Source: an uncultured Pseudomonadota bacterium
GTDB lineage: Bacteria > Pseudomonadota > Alphaproteobacteria > RF32 > CAG-239
DNA length: 32,991 bases
Assembly: GCA_902797315.1 (NCBI GenBank)
Contig: CADBSM010000046.1
Coordinates: 1 to 32,991 of the forward strand
Direction: 5' to 3'
Position 1 is the first letter of the stretch; every line of letters begins with the position of its first letter. Positions 18,016-25,906 of the stretch are shown here, piece by piece. The notes below the pieces were generated by a model. The model was not told where the DNA came from. It saw only the letters and a program-made list of their open reading frames with translations, and did not search any database. The position numbers were made by a program, and so were the translations under genes.

Positions 18016-19245
18016 ATGATAAAATATCTTTTGATCATATTAGGTGCTTTGTTGCTATCTTTTAAGACACAAGCTGAAGATTTCGCAAAATATTTTGATG
18101 TTGATTTAGATTCTCCAGTTCCAAATCTGGAAGCTTTATCAACAGAACTTCAAAACCTAAATGAGGTTTATGAGCCTCGTTATGTTGTTAGTTGGGATAT
18201 GGGGCCCGTTTTTGATAAAATATGGCGACAAGTCATTACAACTTATGGTACATCTGAAAAATATCTTAAAGCAGCTGGTGAAGATGAATTGGTGGAAATG
18301 ATCTCAGTTTTGCCTAAGGAATTTTATCCGTATATAGGTCCTTTTTTACACACATCTTACGGTATTTCTGAAAAAATTTTGAATATGCCGGGCATTAAGG
18401 AAACAAAAAACAAATTTCCGGACCGTATTGCACCTCAATTAGAAGGTATAGAAGATTTAGAGTTCTTATCTCCTTTTTTATACATTTTATTGATGCCTGA
18501 AATGTGGCCGGAAAATTATAAATCGATTGAAAAACCACAGAAGCGTTTTGCAAAGCTTCCAAATATTGATTACAATCCAAATTTTTATCGCAATTTGCTT
18601 AAAAATCTTCCAGATGGAGGCTATGGAGGAGCAAATGCTCGTGCAGAGTGGCCTGTCAGCGATCGCCTAAGAACATTAAAAATAACAAAAACATCGCCAT
18701 TAACATCGGCTGATATTAAATCTTTTACAAATACTTTAGATGGTGTGAGACAATTTGCTACGCACGAAAATCTGGTGCGTTTAATAAAAATAGAATCTTT
18801 ACTTGACTATTATGAAATGAAAAATGGTACGGCGCTCAACATTAACACATTAAAAGATGCCGTTAATCCGTGTCAAAGGCTTGCGTTGAAAATTAAATGG
18901 GCAGGACTTGAAAATGAATTTTCAAAAGCAATCGCACAAGAAGGTTTTAACCTGAAAGATTGGTCATATACGTGTGATAAAACAATCAAAGCTTATCGTG
19001 TTATCAATGTCTCAGATGCAAAATTTGCTGCTTTAAAGCAGTACAAAAAGGGAGTCTATAATTCTGAGCTTAATAAGTTGCCTGTAAAGCATAGAGAGCG
19101 CTTTCAAGCAACCATTGCAAGCTTGCTTGAAATGTATAAAACAAATGAAAATGATTTAACTGAAGTTTTAAAAAATGAAAGCATTTTGACAGAGCAAATT
19201 AGGCCTTTCGGTTCTATTTTTGTTACTTCTCCGCTTGATTATTAA
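18016..19245 (+). CDS. Hypothetical secreted protein
   Basis: Long ORF; signal peptide MIKYLLIILGALLLSFKTQA preceded by AAAGGA; no family recognised. Confidence 0.8.
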   Translation: MIKYLLIILGALLLSFKTQAEDFAKYFDVDLDSPVPNLEALSTELQNLNEVYEPRYVVSWDMGPVFDKIWRQVITTYGTSEKYLKAAGEDELVEMISVLPKEFYPYIGPFLHTSYGISEKILNMPGIKETKNKFPDRIAPQLEGIEDLEFLSPFLYILLMPEMWPENYKSIEKPQKRFAKLPNIDYNPNFYRNLLKNLPDGGYGGANARAEWPVSDRLRTLKITKTSPLTSADIKSFTNTLDGVRQFATHENLVRLIKIESLLDYYEMKNGTALNINTLKDAVNPCQRLALKIKWAGLENEFSKAIAQEGFNLKDWSYTCDKTIKAYRVINVSDAKFAALKQYKKGVYNSELNKLPVKHRERFQATIASLLEMYKTNENDLTEVLKNESILTEQIRPFGSIFVTSPLDY

Positions 19246-19261
19246 AAAGATAAAAAAAAAC

Positions 19262-19290
19262 TTGCTTTTTATTCTGAGAGTATGTATAAG
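19262..19290 (+). promoter_or_regulatory. Putative sigma70 promoter of rpoZ
   Basis: TTGCTT-N17-TATAAG; GAGG RBS before ATG 19330. Confidence 0.55.
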
Positions 19291-19329
19291 TGGAGACAAA
19301 TTTTAATTAACCAATGAGGAAAAATAAAG

Positions 19330-19809
19330 ATGGCACGCGTTACTGTAGAAGATTGTATTGAAAAAGTTCCTAATCGTTATGAGCTTTTGATGGTTGCTGC
19401 CCAACGCGCAAAAGATATTGAACAAGGTTCGCCTTTGAGAGTTGATCGTGATAACGATAAAAATTCTGTTGTTGCTTTGCGTGAAATTGCAGAAGATAAA
19501 GTCAGTATTGAAGATCTTCAAAAATCTTTAGTTTTGAATTTACAAAAATATGTTGAAGTTGAAGAACCTCAAGAAGAAGAAATTGAAATTATTGCTGCTG
19601 AAAAAGAGTTGGCTGATTTAGACGCTCAGTTTGATGCCAGTATGTTGCTTGATACAGATATAGATGACAATATGCAAATCAGAGATGAAACAACAGATTC
19701 ATTAGATGGCTTGGATGATGTTGATTTATCTGACGATTCGTTTGATGACGATTCGTTTGATGAAACAGCTGAAAATGATAGTTTTTCAGATGAAAATGAA
19801 GAATTTTAA
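19330..19809 (+). CDS. rpoZ: RNA polymerase omega subunit with a long acidic C-terminal tail
   Basis: MARVTVEDC...[13 protein letters not shown]...[14 protein letters not shown]; lies upstream of spoT. Confidence 0.96.
   Translation: MARVTVEDCIEKVPNRYELLMVAAQRAKDIEQGSPLRVDRDNDKNSVVALREIAEDKVSIEDLQKSLVLNLQKYVEVEEPQEEEIEIIAAEKELADLDAQFDASMLLDTDIDDNMQIRDETTDSLDGLDDVDLSDDSFDDDSFDETAENDSFSDENEEF
19731..19763 (+). repeat. 15-bp tandem repeat (2 copies) in the rpoZ tail encoding [10 protein letters not shown]
   Basis: TGACGATTCGTTTGA twice (19731-19760), followed by TGA. Confidence 0.85.
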
Positions 19810-19837
19810 TTTTCCCTCAATCTTTTAGTCTTATCTT

Positions 19838-19871
19838 AAATAGCAGAAAATCAATTTTCTGCTATTTTTTT
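19838..19871 (+). terminator. Putative intrinsic terminator after rpoZ
   Basis: AAATAGCAGAAAA-TCAA-TTTTCTGCTATTT followed by further T residues. Confidence 0.7.
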
Positions 19872-19909
19872 AAAAAAAATCTTGTATACTGGATAGTTGA
19901 GAGATAAAA

Positions 19910-22045
19910 ATGCTGAGACAATATGAACTTGTAGATCTTGTTAAATCTTATGATCCTGAGGCAGATGAAGATGCCTTAAACAGGGCATATGTCTTTGCAA
20001 TGAAAAAACATGCCGGACAATTTCGGACATCTGGGGATCCATATTATTCGCACCCTATTGAAGTCGCTGGTATTTTAACAAAATTTCGTTTAGATTCATC
20101 TTCTATTATAGCAGCCTTATTGCATGATACTGTTGAAGATACGGATACAACGGTCGAAGAAGTCCGCTCACTTTTTGGTGACCAAGTTGCTTCGCTGGTT
20201 GATGGTTTGACAAAGCTTGCCATGATTGAACAAAAATCAGGCAACAGTAAACAGGCAGAAAATTTTAGAAAATTATTACTTGCTATGTCAGATGATATTC
20301 GGGTTTTGCTGATTAAGTTAGCAGACAGACTTCATAATATGAGAACACTTTCCTATTGTCCTGTTGATAAAAGAGCTCGAATTGCCAAAGAAACTTTAGA
20401 TATATACGCCCCTTTAGCTGAACGCATCGGTATGCAAGAAGTTAAAGATGAACTTGAGGAAATTGCTTTTGCAGAACTTTATAAAGAAGCTCATGATTCA
20501 ATAGTGGCTCGTTTGAATTTTTTAAGAGAGCAAGGAAGCAATATCATTCCGAAGATTATTGAAACTTTAGAAAATGATATGCAGGAAAATGGGATTGAAG
20601 CAACAGTCACAGGGCGAGAAAAAACTCCATATTCTATTTGGCGAAAGATGCAATCTAAAAACGCATCTTTCGAGCAACTTTCAGACATTATGGCATTTCG
20701 TATTTGTGTCGATGATATTTCCTCTTGTTATCAAGCTTTAGGAGTTATACACAGCAAATATCACATGGTTCCGCGCCGTTTTAAGGATTATATTTCAACC
20801 CCAAAACCAAATGGCTACCAGTCGATACATACAGGGGTTATTGGTCCGGAAGATACGCGAATTGAAGTTCAAATCAGAACATATCAAATGCATGAAATTG
20901 CAGAAAAAGGTGTAGCGGCACATTGGGCTTATAAACAAGGTCAAAAGGCAGAAGGCCGTCATTTCAGATGGATTAGAGAATTGCTTGAAATTTTGGAGCA
21001 GGCGGATAATCCTGAAGAATTTTTAGAAAATACAAAACTTGAAATGTATAGCGACCAAGTGTTTTGCTTTACGCCTAAAGGTGATTTAATAGGGTTGCCG
21101 CGTGGATCGACACCGGTTGATTTTGCTTATGCTGTTCACTCGCGTGTTGGAGACACTTGTGTCGGGGCGAAAGTTAATGGCGAAATTACACCACTTCGTA
21201 CAGTTTTACAAAATGGTGATCAAGTTGAAATTTTAACCTCAAAGGCACAACATCCTTCTACAGAATGGGAGCGCTTTGTTATTACCGGCAAGGCAAAAGC
21301 GGCTATTAGAAGATATGTCCGAGCCACCCAGCGGGAGCAGTTTATAAGTCTGGGCAAAGAAATTTTAGAACGCCTATTTAAGGGAGAAAATTTAGAGTTT
21401 TCTGATCGTGTTCTCGTTAATGTTTTACAGCATTTTGAAGCAGAAACGATTGAAGATATATATGCTAAAGTCGGGGAAGGATTGGTGACAGGCTGGGATG
21501 TTTTGAAAATGGCATATCCTGCTTACAAACAATCAAAACTTGATAAAATGGTCAAATCAATCAAAGCCCCGCTTTTCCGCAGAAAAAAGAAAAACAACCC
21601 CATCAAAATTAAAGGTTTAATCGACAATATGGCCGTTAACTTCGGTAAATGCTGTCATCCTTTACCGGGGGATAGAATTGTTGGTATTGTGACAACAGGC
21701 AAGGGTGTTACCGTTCACAAAATTGGCTGTAAAACACTTTCAAAATTTGCTTCAGAGCCTGAAAGATGGCTTGATATTGACTGGGGCGATGATGCTGAAA
21801 ATGAGTTTCATACAGCACGAATTAAAGTGATGCTTTTAAATGAACCAGGAGCTTTGGGTGATTTATCTAATCTTATTGCCAAAGAAGGTGCGAACATTTC
21901 AAACTTGAATATTGTCAATCGGCTATTAAGTTATTTTGAGTTGTTAATTGATATCGATGTGAAAGATGTCGAACACCTTAATCAAATTATTGCAAACTTA
22001 AAGTCTTCTAAAGTTGTTCGATCTATCTCTCGCGCCGCAGAATAA
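19910..22045 (+). CDS. spoT: Bifunctional (p)ppGpp synthetase/hydrolase (long RSH)
   Basis: Intact HD motif (ALLHDTVED), KLADRLHNMRTL, RFKDYI, EVQIRT, TGS domain (VFCFTPKG), CCHPLPGD and a C-terminal ACT domain. Confidence 0.96.
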   Translation: MLRQYELVDLVKSYDPEADEDALNRAYVFAMKKHAGQFRTSGDPYYSHPIEVAGILTKFRLDSSSIIAALLHDTVEDTDTTVEEVRSLFGDQVASLVDGLTKLAMIEQKSGNSKQAENFRKLLLAMSDDIRVLLIKLADRLHNMRTLSYCPVDKRARIAKETLDIYAPLAERIGMQEVKDELEEIAFAELYKEAHDSIVARLNFLREQGSNIIPKIIETLENDMQENGIEATVTGREKTPYSIWRKMQSKNASFEQLSDIMAFRICVDDISSCYQALGVIHSKYHMVPRRFKDYISTPKPNGYQSIHTGVIGPEDTRIEVQIRTYQMHEIAEKGVAAHWAYKQGQKAEGRHFRWIRELLEILEQADNPEEFLENTKLEMYSDQVFCFTPKGDLIGLPRGSTPVDFAYAVHSRVGDTCVGAKVNGEITPLRTVLQNGDQVEILTSKAQHPSTEWERFVITGKAKAAIRRYVRATQREQFISLGKEILERLFKGENLEFSDRVLVNVLQHFEAETIEDIYAKVGEGLVTGWDVLKMAYPAYKQSKLDKMVKSIKAPLFRRKKKNNPIKIKGLIDNMAVNFGKCCHPLPGDRIVGIVTTGKGVTVHKIGCKTLSKFASEPERWLDIDWGDDAENEFHTARIKVMLLNEPGALGDLSNLIAKEGANISNLNIVNRLLSYFELLIDIDVKDVEHLNQIIANLKSSKVVRSISRAAE

Positions 22046-22060
22046 CCGAAAGCTCAAAAA

Positions 22061-22528
22061 GTGAAAAATATTTTCAAAGGCGTGGTTCAACGTTTGTTTC
22101 AGCATCTGTCGAAACTTCAAAAAAGCCCATATGCTATTGCGGCAGGTTTTGCTTGCGGAGCAGCTATTTCAATGACCCCGCTTGTTGGTTTTCATATGAT
22201 TCTTGGCGTATGCTCAAGCTTTTTAATACGAGCCAGTACAACAGCATCTTTAATAGGAACAATTGTTGGAAATCCTTGGACATTTGCAGTTATTTGGCCT
22301 TTGAGTTTTGAAACAGGCCGAAAAATTTTGGGCATTGAAGAAACAAAGTCAATCGATTTTGCAGTTTTTTTTGAAAATTTTAAGGTCGCTATCTTAAATT
22401 TAAATTTTAATCTTTTAAAAAATGACCTTTCTCCAATTTTAAAACCTATGCTTGTTGGATGTATACCTTATTATATTATTGTATGGATTGGAAGTTATTG
22501 TTTTATTAGGTATTTGATAAAAAAATAG
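22061..22528 (+). CDS. DUF2062 domain membrane protein
   Basis: SPYAIAAGFACG, PLVGFH, GNPWT and PMLVG; typical position after spoT in Alphaproteobacteria; GTG start. Confidence 0.85.
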   Translation: MKNIFKGVVQRLFQHLSKLQKSPYAIAAGFACGAAISMTPLVGFHMILGVCSSFLIRASTTASLIGTIVGNPWTFAVIWPLSFETGRKILGIEETKSIDFAVFFENFKVAILNLNFNLLKNDLSPILKPMLVGCIPYYIIVWIGSYCFIRYLIKK

Positions 22529-22536
22529 TCTGTCAA

Positions 22537-22575
22537 ACAAAAAAAGATATCTTCTTGAAACCAAGAAGATATCTT
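22537..22575 (-). terminator. Intrinsic terminator of dnaK
   Basis: 14-bp stem AAGATATCTTCTTG (22544-22557) / CAAGAAGATATCTT (22562-22575), 4-nt loop, U-tract on the minus strand. Confidence 0.75.
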
Positions 22576-22603
22576 AAAAACGTTCAAAATTTGTAAAATG
22601 ATT

Positions 22604-24514
22604 TTACTTAACCTCTTCAAAGTCTGCATCAACAACTTTTTCATCTTTTGGTTGTTCTGAAGAGCCTTGAGAAGCACCTTGCTCTTGACCTTGTTGGCCA
22701 GAAGCAGCCCCTTGAGCTTTATACATAGCTTCACCGAGTTTGAGCGAGGCCTGCATCAAAGCATCGCTTTTTTCTTTGATGGCAGCAGTGTCAGTGCCTT
22801 CAAGGGCTGTTTTAACAGCTTGAACAGCTTCTTCAATAGCTGTTTTATCAGTAGCTGAAATCTTGTCACTATTTTCTTTTAGAGTTTTTTCTGTTGAATG
22901 AACGAGAGCTTCAGCTTGATTTCTGGTTTCAACTTCTTCTTTTTTCTTTTTATCAGCTTCAGCATTAGCTTCAGCATCTTTAACCATTTTTTCAATATCA
23001 GCATCTGATAGACCGCCTGAAGCCTGAATGCGAATGGCTTGTTCTTTGTTTGTTGCTTTGTCTTTAGCTGAAACGTTAACAATACCGTTAGCATCAATAT
23101 CAAAGGTGACTTCAATTTGAGGCATACCACGTGGAGCAGGCGGTATACCGACCAAATCAAATTGGCCGAGCAACTTGTTGTGAGCTGCAATCTCACGTTC
23201 GCCTTGGAAGACTCGAATTGTTACAGCTGTCTGTCCATCTTCAGCTGTTGAAAAGACTTGAGATTTGCGTGTCGGAATTGTTGTGTTTCGGTCAATAAGA
23301 CGTGTAAAGACACCACCTAATGTTTCAATACCGAGAGAAAGCGGGGTCACATCAAGCAGCAAAACATCTTTAACATCACCCATCAAAACACCGCCCTGAA
23401 TGGCAGCGCCGACGGCCACAACTTCATCAGGGTTAACACCCTTGTGTGGCTCTTTGCCGAAAATTTCTTTAACTTTTTCTTGAACTTTAGGCATACGAGT
23501 CATACCGCCGACCAAAATAACTTCGCTAATTTCATTAGCCGAAAGACCAGCATCTTTTAAGGCTTTTTGACAAGGAGCTACTGTGCGGTCAATTAAATCA
23601 TCAACCAAAGCTTCAAGCTTTGCACGCGTTAATTTGATATTTAAGTGTTTCGGACCTGTTGCATCGGCCGTAATAAACGGCAAGTTGACATCTGTCTGTG
23701 TGGCAGATGAAAGTTCAATTTTAGCTTTTTCAGCAGCTTCTTTCAAACGTTGCAGAGCTAATCTGTCATTTTTCAAATCAATACCTGATTCTTTTTTAAA
23801 CTCTTCAGCCAAGAAGTTGACAATGCGTTGGTCAAAGTCTTCACCGCCTAAGAATGTATCGCCGTTGGTTGATTTCACTTCAAAGACACCGTCACCGATT
23901 TCCAAAATAGAAATATCGAATGTACCGCCGCCAAGGTCATAAACGGCAATTGTGCCTGAGGCTTTTTTATCCATGCCATAGGCAAGGGCAGCAGCAGTCG
24001 GTTCATTGATAATACGCAAGACATCAAGTCCGGCAATTTTGCCGGCATCTTTAGTTGCCTGACGCTGAGAGTCATTGAAATATGCCGGAACAGTAATCAC
24101 AGCTTTTTCAATCTTCTCTCCTAAATAAGCTTCGGCATATTCTTTAATTTTTTGCAAAACAATAGCTGAAATTTGAGAAGGAGCATATTTTTGACCTTTA
24201 ACTTCAACCCAAGCATCACCGTTGTCTCCTGAAACAATCTTAAAAGGAGCCGTTGATTTGTCTTTTTGTACTTCGGCAGAATCATATCTGCGACCAATCA
24301 AACGTTTGATCGCAAAGAGTGTGTTTTCGGGGTTGGTAACTGCTTGGCGCTTAGCAGCCGCACCGACCAAACGCTCGTTGTCTGTAAATGCAACCATAGA
24401 AGGTGTTGTGCGTGCACCTTCAGAGTTTTCCAAAACCTTAGCATCTTTGCCTTCCATAACGGCAAAGCATGAGTTTGTTGTACCAAGGTCAATACCAATA
24501 ACTTTATTGCTCAT
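22604..24514 (-). CDS. dnaK: Molecular chaperone DnaK
   Basis: [38 protein letters not shown] and C-terminal [10 protein letters not shown]. Confidence 0.99.
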   Translation of the reverse strand: MSNKVIGIDLGTTNSCFAVMEGKDAKVLENSEGARTTPSMVAFTDNERLVGAAAKRQAVTNPENTLFAIKRLIGRRYDSAEVQKDKSTAPFKIVSGDNGDAWVEVKGQKYAPSQISAIVLQKIKEYAEAYLGEKIEKAVITVPAYFNDSQRQATKDAGKIAGLDVLRIINEPTAAALAYGMDKKASGTIAVYDLGGGTFDISILEIGDGVFEVKSTNGDTFLGGEDFDQRIVNFLAEEFKKESGIDLKNDRLALQRLKEAAEKAKIELSSATQTDVNLPFITADATGPKHLNIKLTRAKLEALVDDLIDRTVAPCQKALKDAGLSANEISEVILVGGMTRMPKVQEKVKEIFGKEPHKGVNPDEVVAVGAAIQGGVLMGDVKDVLLLDVTPLSLGIETLGGVFTRLIDRNTTIPTRKSQVFSTAEDGQTAVTIRVFQGEREIAAHNKLLGQFDLVGIPPAPRGMPQIEVTFDIDANGIVNVSAKDKATNKEQAIRIQASGGLSDADIEKMVKDAEANAEADKKKKEEVETRNQAEALVHSTEKTLKENSDKISATDKTAIEEAVQAVKTALEGTDTAAIKEKSDALMQASLKLGEAMYKAQGAASGQQGQEQGASQGSSEQPKDEKVVDADFEEVK

Positions 24515-24556
24515 TTGTTTAATCCTTTATGTTAAAATCTTTTTTTCTAAAAACTT

Positions 24557-24585
24557 ATATAGGTAACGTTTTTATTAAGAGCAAG
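24557..24585 (-). promoter_or_regulatory. RpoH (sigma32)-type heat-shock promoter of dnaK
   Basis: Minus strand CTTG-N18-CCTATAT, matching the alphaproteobacterial RpoH consensus CTTG-N17/18-CYTATNT, about 43 nt upstream of the ATG. Confidence 0.8.
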
Positions 24586-24708
24586 GGGCAAAATAATTTT
24601 TTTGGTATTTTTTGTTCTTTAACCAATGATTATCTTGTTTTAAGGGTTTAAGAAAATATATCGGAAGAGGAAACGATTGAAATAACATTTATTTTAAGGA
24701 GAAAAACA

Positions 24709-24828
24709 ATGGCTTGTAAATGTCCATCTGGAAAATCATCTGTTTCTAAAAGTTCGAGCTTGAAAGCAGAAGATGAAAAATCTTCTTCCAAAAAAGAAAG
24801 CGAATCGAGCTCATCTAGCAGAAAATAG
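24709..24828 (+). CDS. Small 39-aa Ser/Lys-rich protein with an N-terminal CxC (not in the ORF track)
   Basis: MACKCPSGKSSVSKSSSLKAEDEKSSSKKESESSSSSRK*; AAGGAG RBS 7 nt upstream of the ATG; terminator begins 13 nt after the stop. Confidence 0.7.
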   Translation: MACKCPSGKSSVSKSSSLKAEDEKSSSKKESESSSSSRK

Positions 24829-24841
24829 ATGAATAAAAGAT

Positions 24842-24875
24842 AAAAAAATCCTCGGGGTAAACCGAGGATTTTTTT
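24842..24875. terminator. Bidirectional intrinsic terminator
   Basis: AAAAAAATCCTCGG-GGTAAA-CCGAGGATTTTTTT, lying between two convergent stop codons. Confidence 0.85.
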
Positions 24876-25223
24876 CTACCACTTGTGAAGAGCTCTGGAC
24901 GCCTCAGTGTAGGCAATGCCCCACTGTTTGTACTCGTCAGAAAGTTCTTCAAAATCGGACATCTTGTGACCGATGTAGTTGACGATCCAGCTCAGATCTT
25001 CAGGGGTATAAGCCTGAAAATCTCGCTTCAAAAAGCGTTTGATGTCCTCATCCTGGGGAATTTCACGCCCGGACGGGAGCGTCAGAGACGTCTTTTGCAT
25101 TTGTGCAAAAGCCTGCCTTGCTTCTTTGAAGCGGTTGATCTTCTCAATCTTGGCGCGGACGAAACCCAGCACCATAAGACCGCCAATCACAACGGCCATA
25201 ATAATTACTCCTTCAAGTGTCAT
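24876..25223 (-). CDS. Hypothetical single-pass membrane protein with high GC content
   Basis: N-terminal hydrophobic helix followed by basic residues; the stop abuts the terminator; GAAGGAG 8 nt before Met9 suggests an alternative start at 25199. Confidence 0.7.
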   Translation of the reverse strand: MTLEGVIIMAVVIGGLMVLGFVRAKIEKINRFKEARQAFAQMQKTSLTLPSGREIPQDEDIKRFLKRDFQAYTPEDLSWIVNYIGHKMSDFEELSDEYKQWGIAYTEASRALHKW

Positions 25224-25235
25224 AAATAATTTTTT

Positions 25236-25310
25236 TTATGGTTTAACTTTTTTATCCTTTCGACGCCGAAACAATAACAGTATCGACGACATGATTATAA
25301 TCCATAACAT
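25236..25310 (-). CDS. Possible 24-aa hydrophobic/basic peptide
   Basis: MLWIIIMSSILLLFRRRKDKKVKP*; no well-spaced RBS, so it may not be translated. Confidence 0.3.
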   Translation of the reverse strand: MLWIIIMSSILLLFRRRKDKKVKP

Positions 25311-25441
25311 TTGATAATAATTTTAATACACCTTCAGTTTATACGATTTTGTCAAAATTGCAAGCAAAAAATTTGTTTTTTTTCAATTTTAAATTGGATT
25401 TTAGCAAAATTATAGGTTATATTGTGATTTGAAAGGTTGGT

Positions 25442-25807
25442 TTGAGGATGATTATTAACACAAACAATCACCGACAACGGAATATTTTAACAAATAAGTG
25501 CTTTTATCAAACGATAGCACAGATTGTTTGCGCCTTTGAAAAGAAGGGATACCAAAATCCGACAGATGAAGCGGCAAAAGTTATTTCAGCCTATCATGAT
25601 CTCGTTAAAAAAAAAAAAAAAAACACCTACAACCAAGATTATAATGAAGCTTTTTCCAAAATTGATTCAGCTATCAAAAGTATGGCCAACAAAGTTTTTT
25701 ATGTGTATGACAACAAAAGTTTTGATATTGCCTATAATGCCTTTAGAGAATTTGATTATATTCAAGCCATTCTGGCTTGGAAGCGTTTAAAAAAACACAC
25801 TTTATAA
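25442..25807 (+). CDS. Hypothetical protein containing an A17 homopolymer
   Basis: 121-aa ORF fills the gap before gpsA; start uncertain (TTG 25442 or ATG 25448). Confidence 0.55.
   Translation: MRMIINTNNHRQRNILTNKCFYQTIAQIVCAFEKKGYQNPTDEAAKVISAYHDLVKKKKKNTYNQDYNEAFSKIDSAIKSMANKVFYVYDNKSFDIAYNAFREFDYIQAILAWKRLKKHTL
25607..25623 (+). repeat. A17 homopolymer tract inside a CDS
   Basis: 17 consecutive A residues encoding KKKKKN. Confidence 0.9.
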
Positions 25808-25841
25808 GATATTTTGCCTGTTGACGGATTATTTTCTTTTA

Positions 25842-25870
25842 TTGCAAAGCATTTGAAGAACCGCTAAACT
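25842..25870 (+). promoter_or_regulatory. Putative sigma70 promoter of gpsA
   Basis: TTGCAA-N17-TAAACT, with GCTAAACT resembling the alphaproteobacterial -10; AAGGAG RBS downstream. Confidence 0.5.
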
Positions 25871-25906
25871 TTTTTTAGAATTTTAATGTAAAAAGGAGCT
25901 CATGAG

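Noticed and set aside
19307-19317. TTAACCAATGA shared between the rpoZ leader and 24619-24629
   Set aside because: An 11-nt AT-rich match that could arise by chance; in rpoZ it overlaps the RBS and has no second half-site.
22667-24566. Several antisense ORFs over dnaK (22667..22858, 23583..23942, 24222..24566)
   Set aside because: Open antisense frames are a known by-product of codon bias in Hsp70 genes; these are fragmented and lack RBSs.
25245-25295. c-di-GMP-I or preQ1 riboswitch resemblance (CGAAAG, A-rich tail, TAAAC)
   Set aside because: The required P1/P2 stems and conserved core nucleotides are absent.
24885-25314. Plus-strand ORFs 24885..25229 and 25039..25314
   Set aside because: They shadow the high-GC minus-strand gene, which has the RBS, the TM segment and the terminator.
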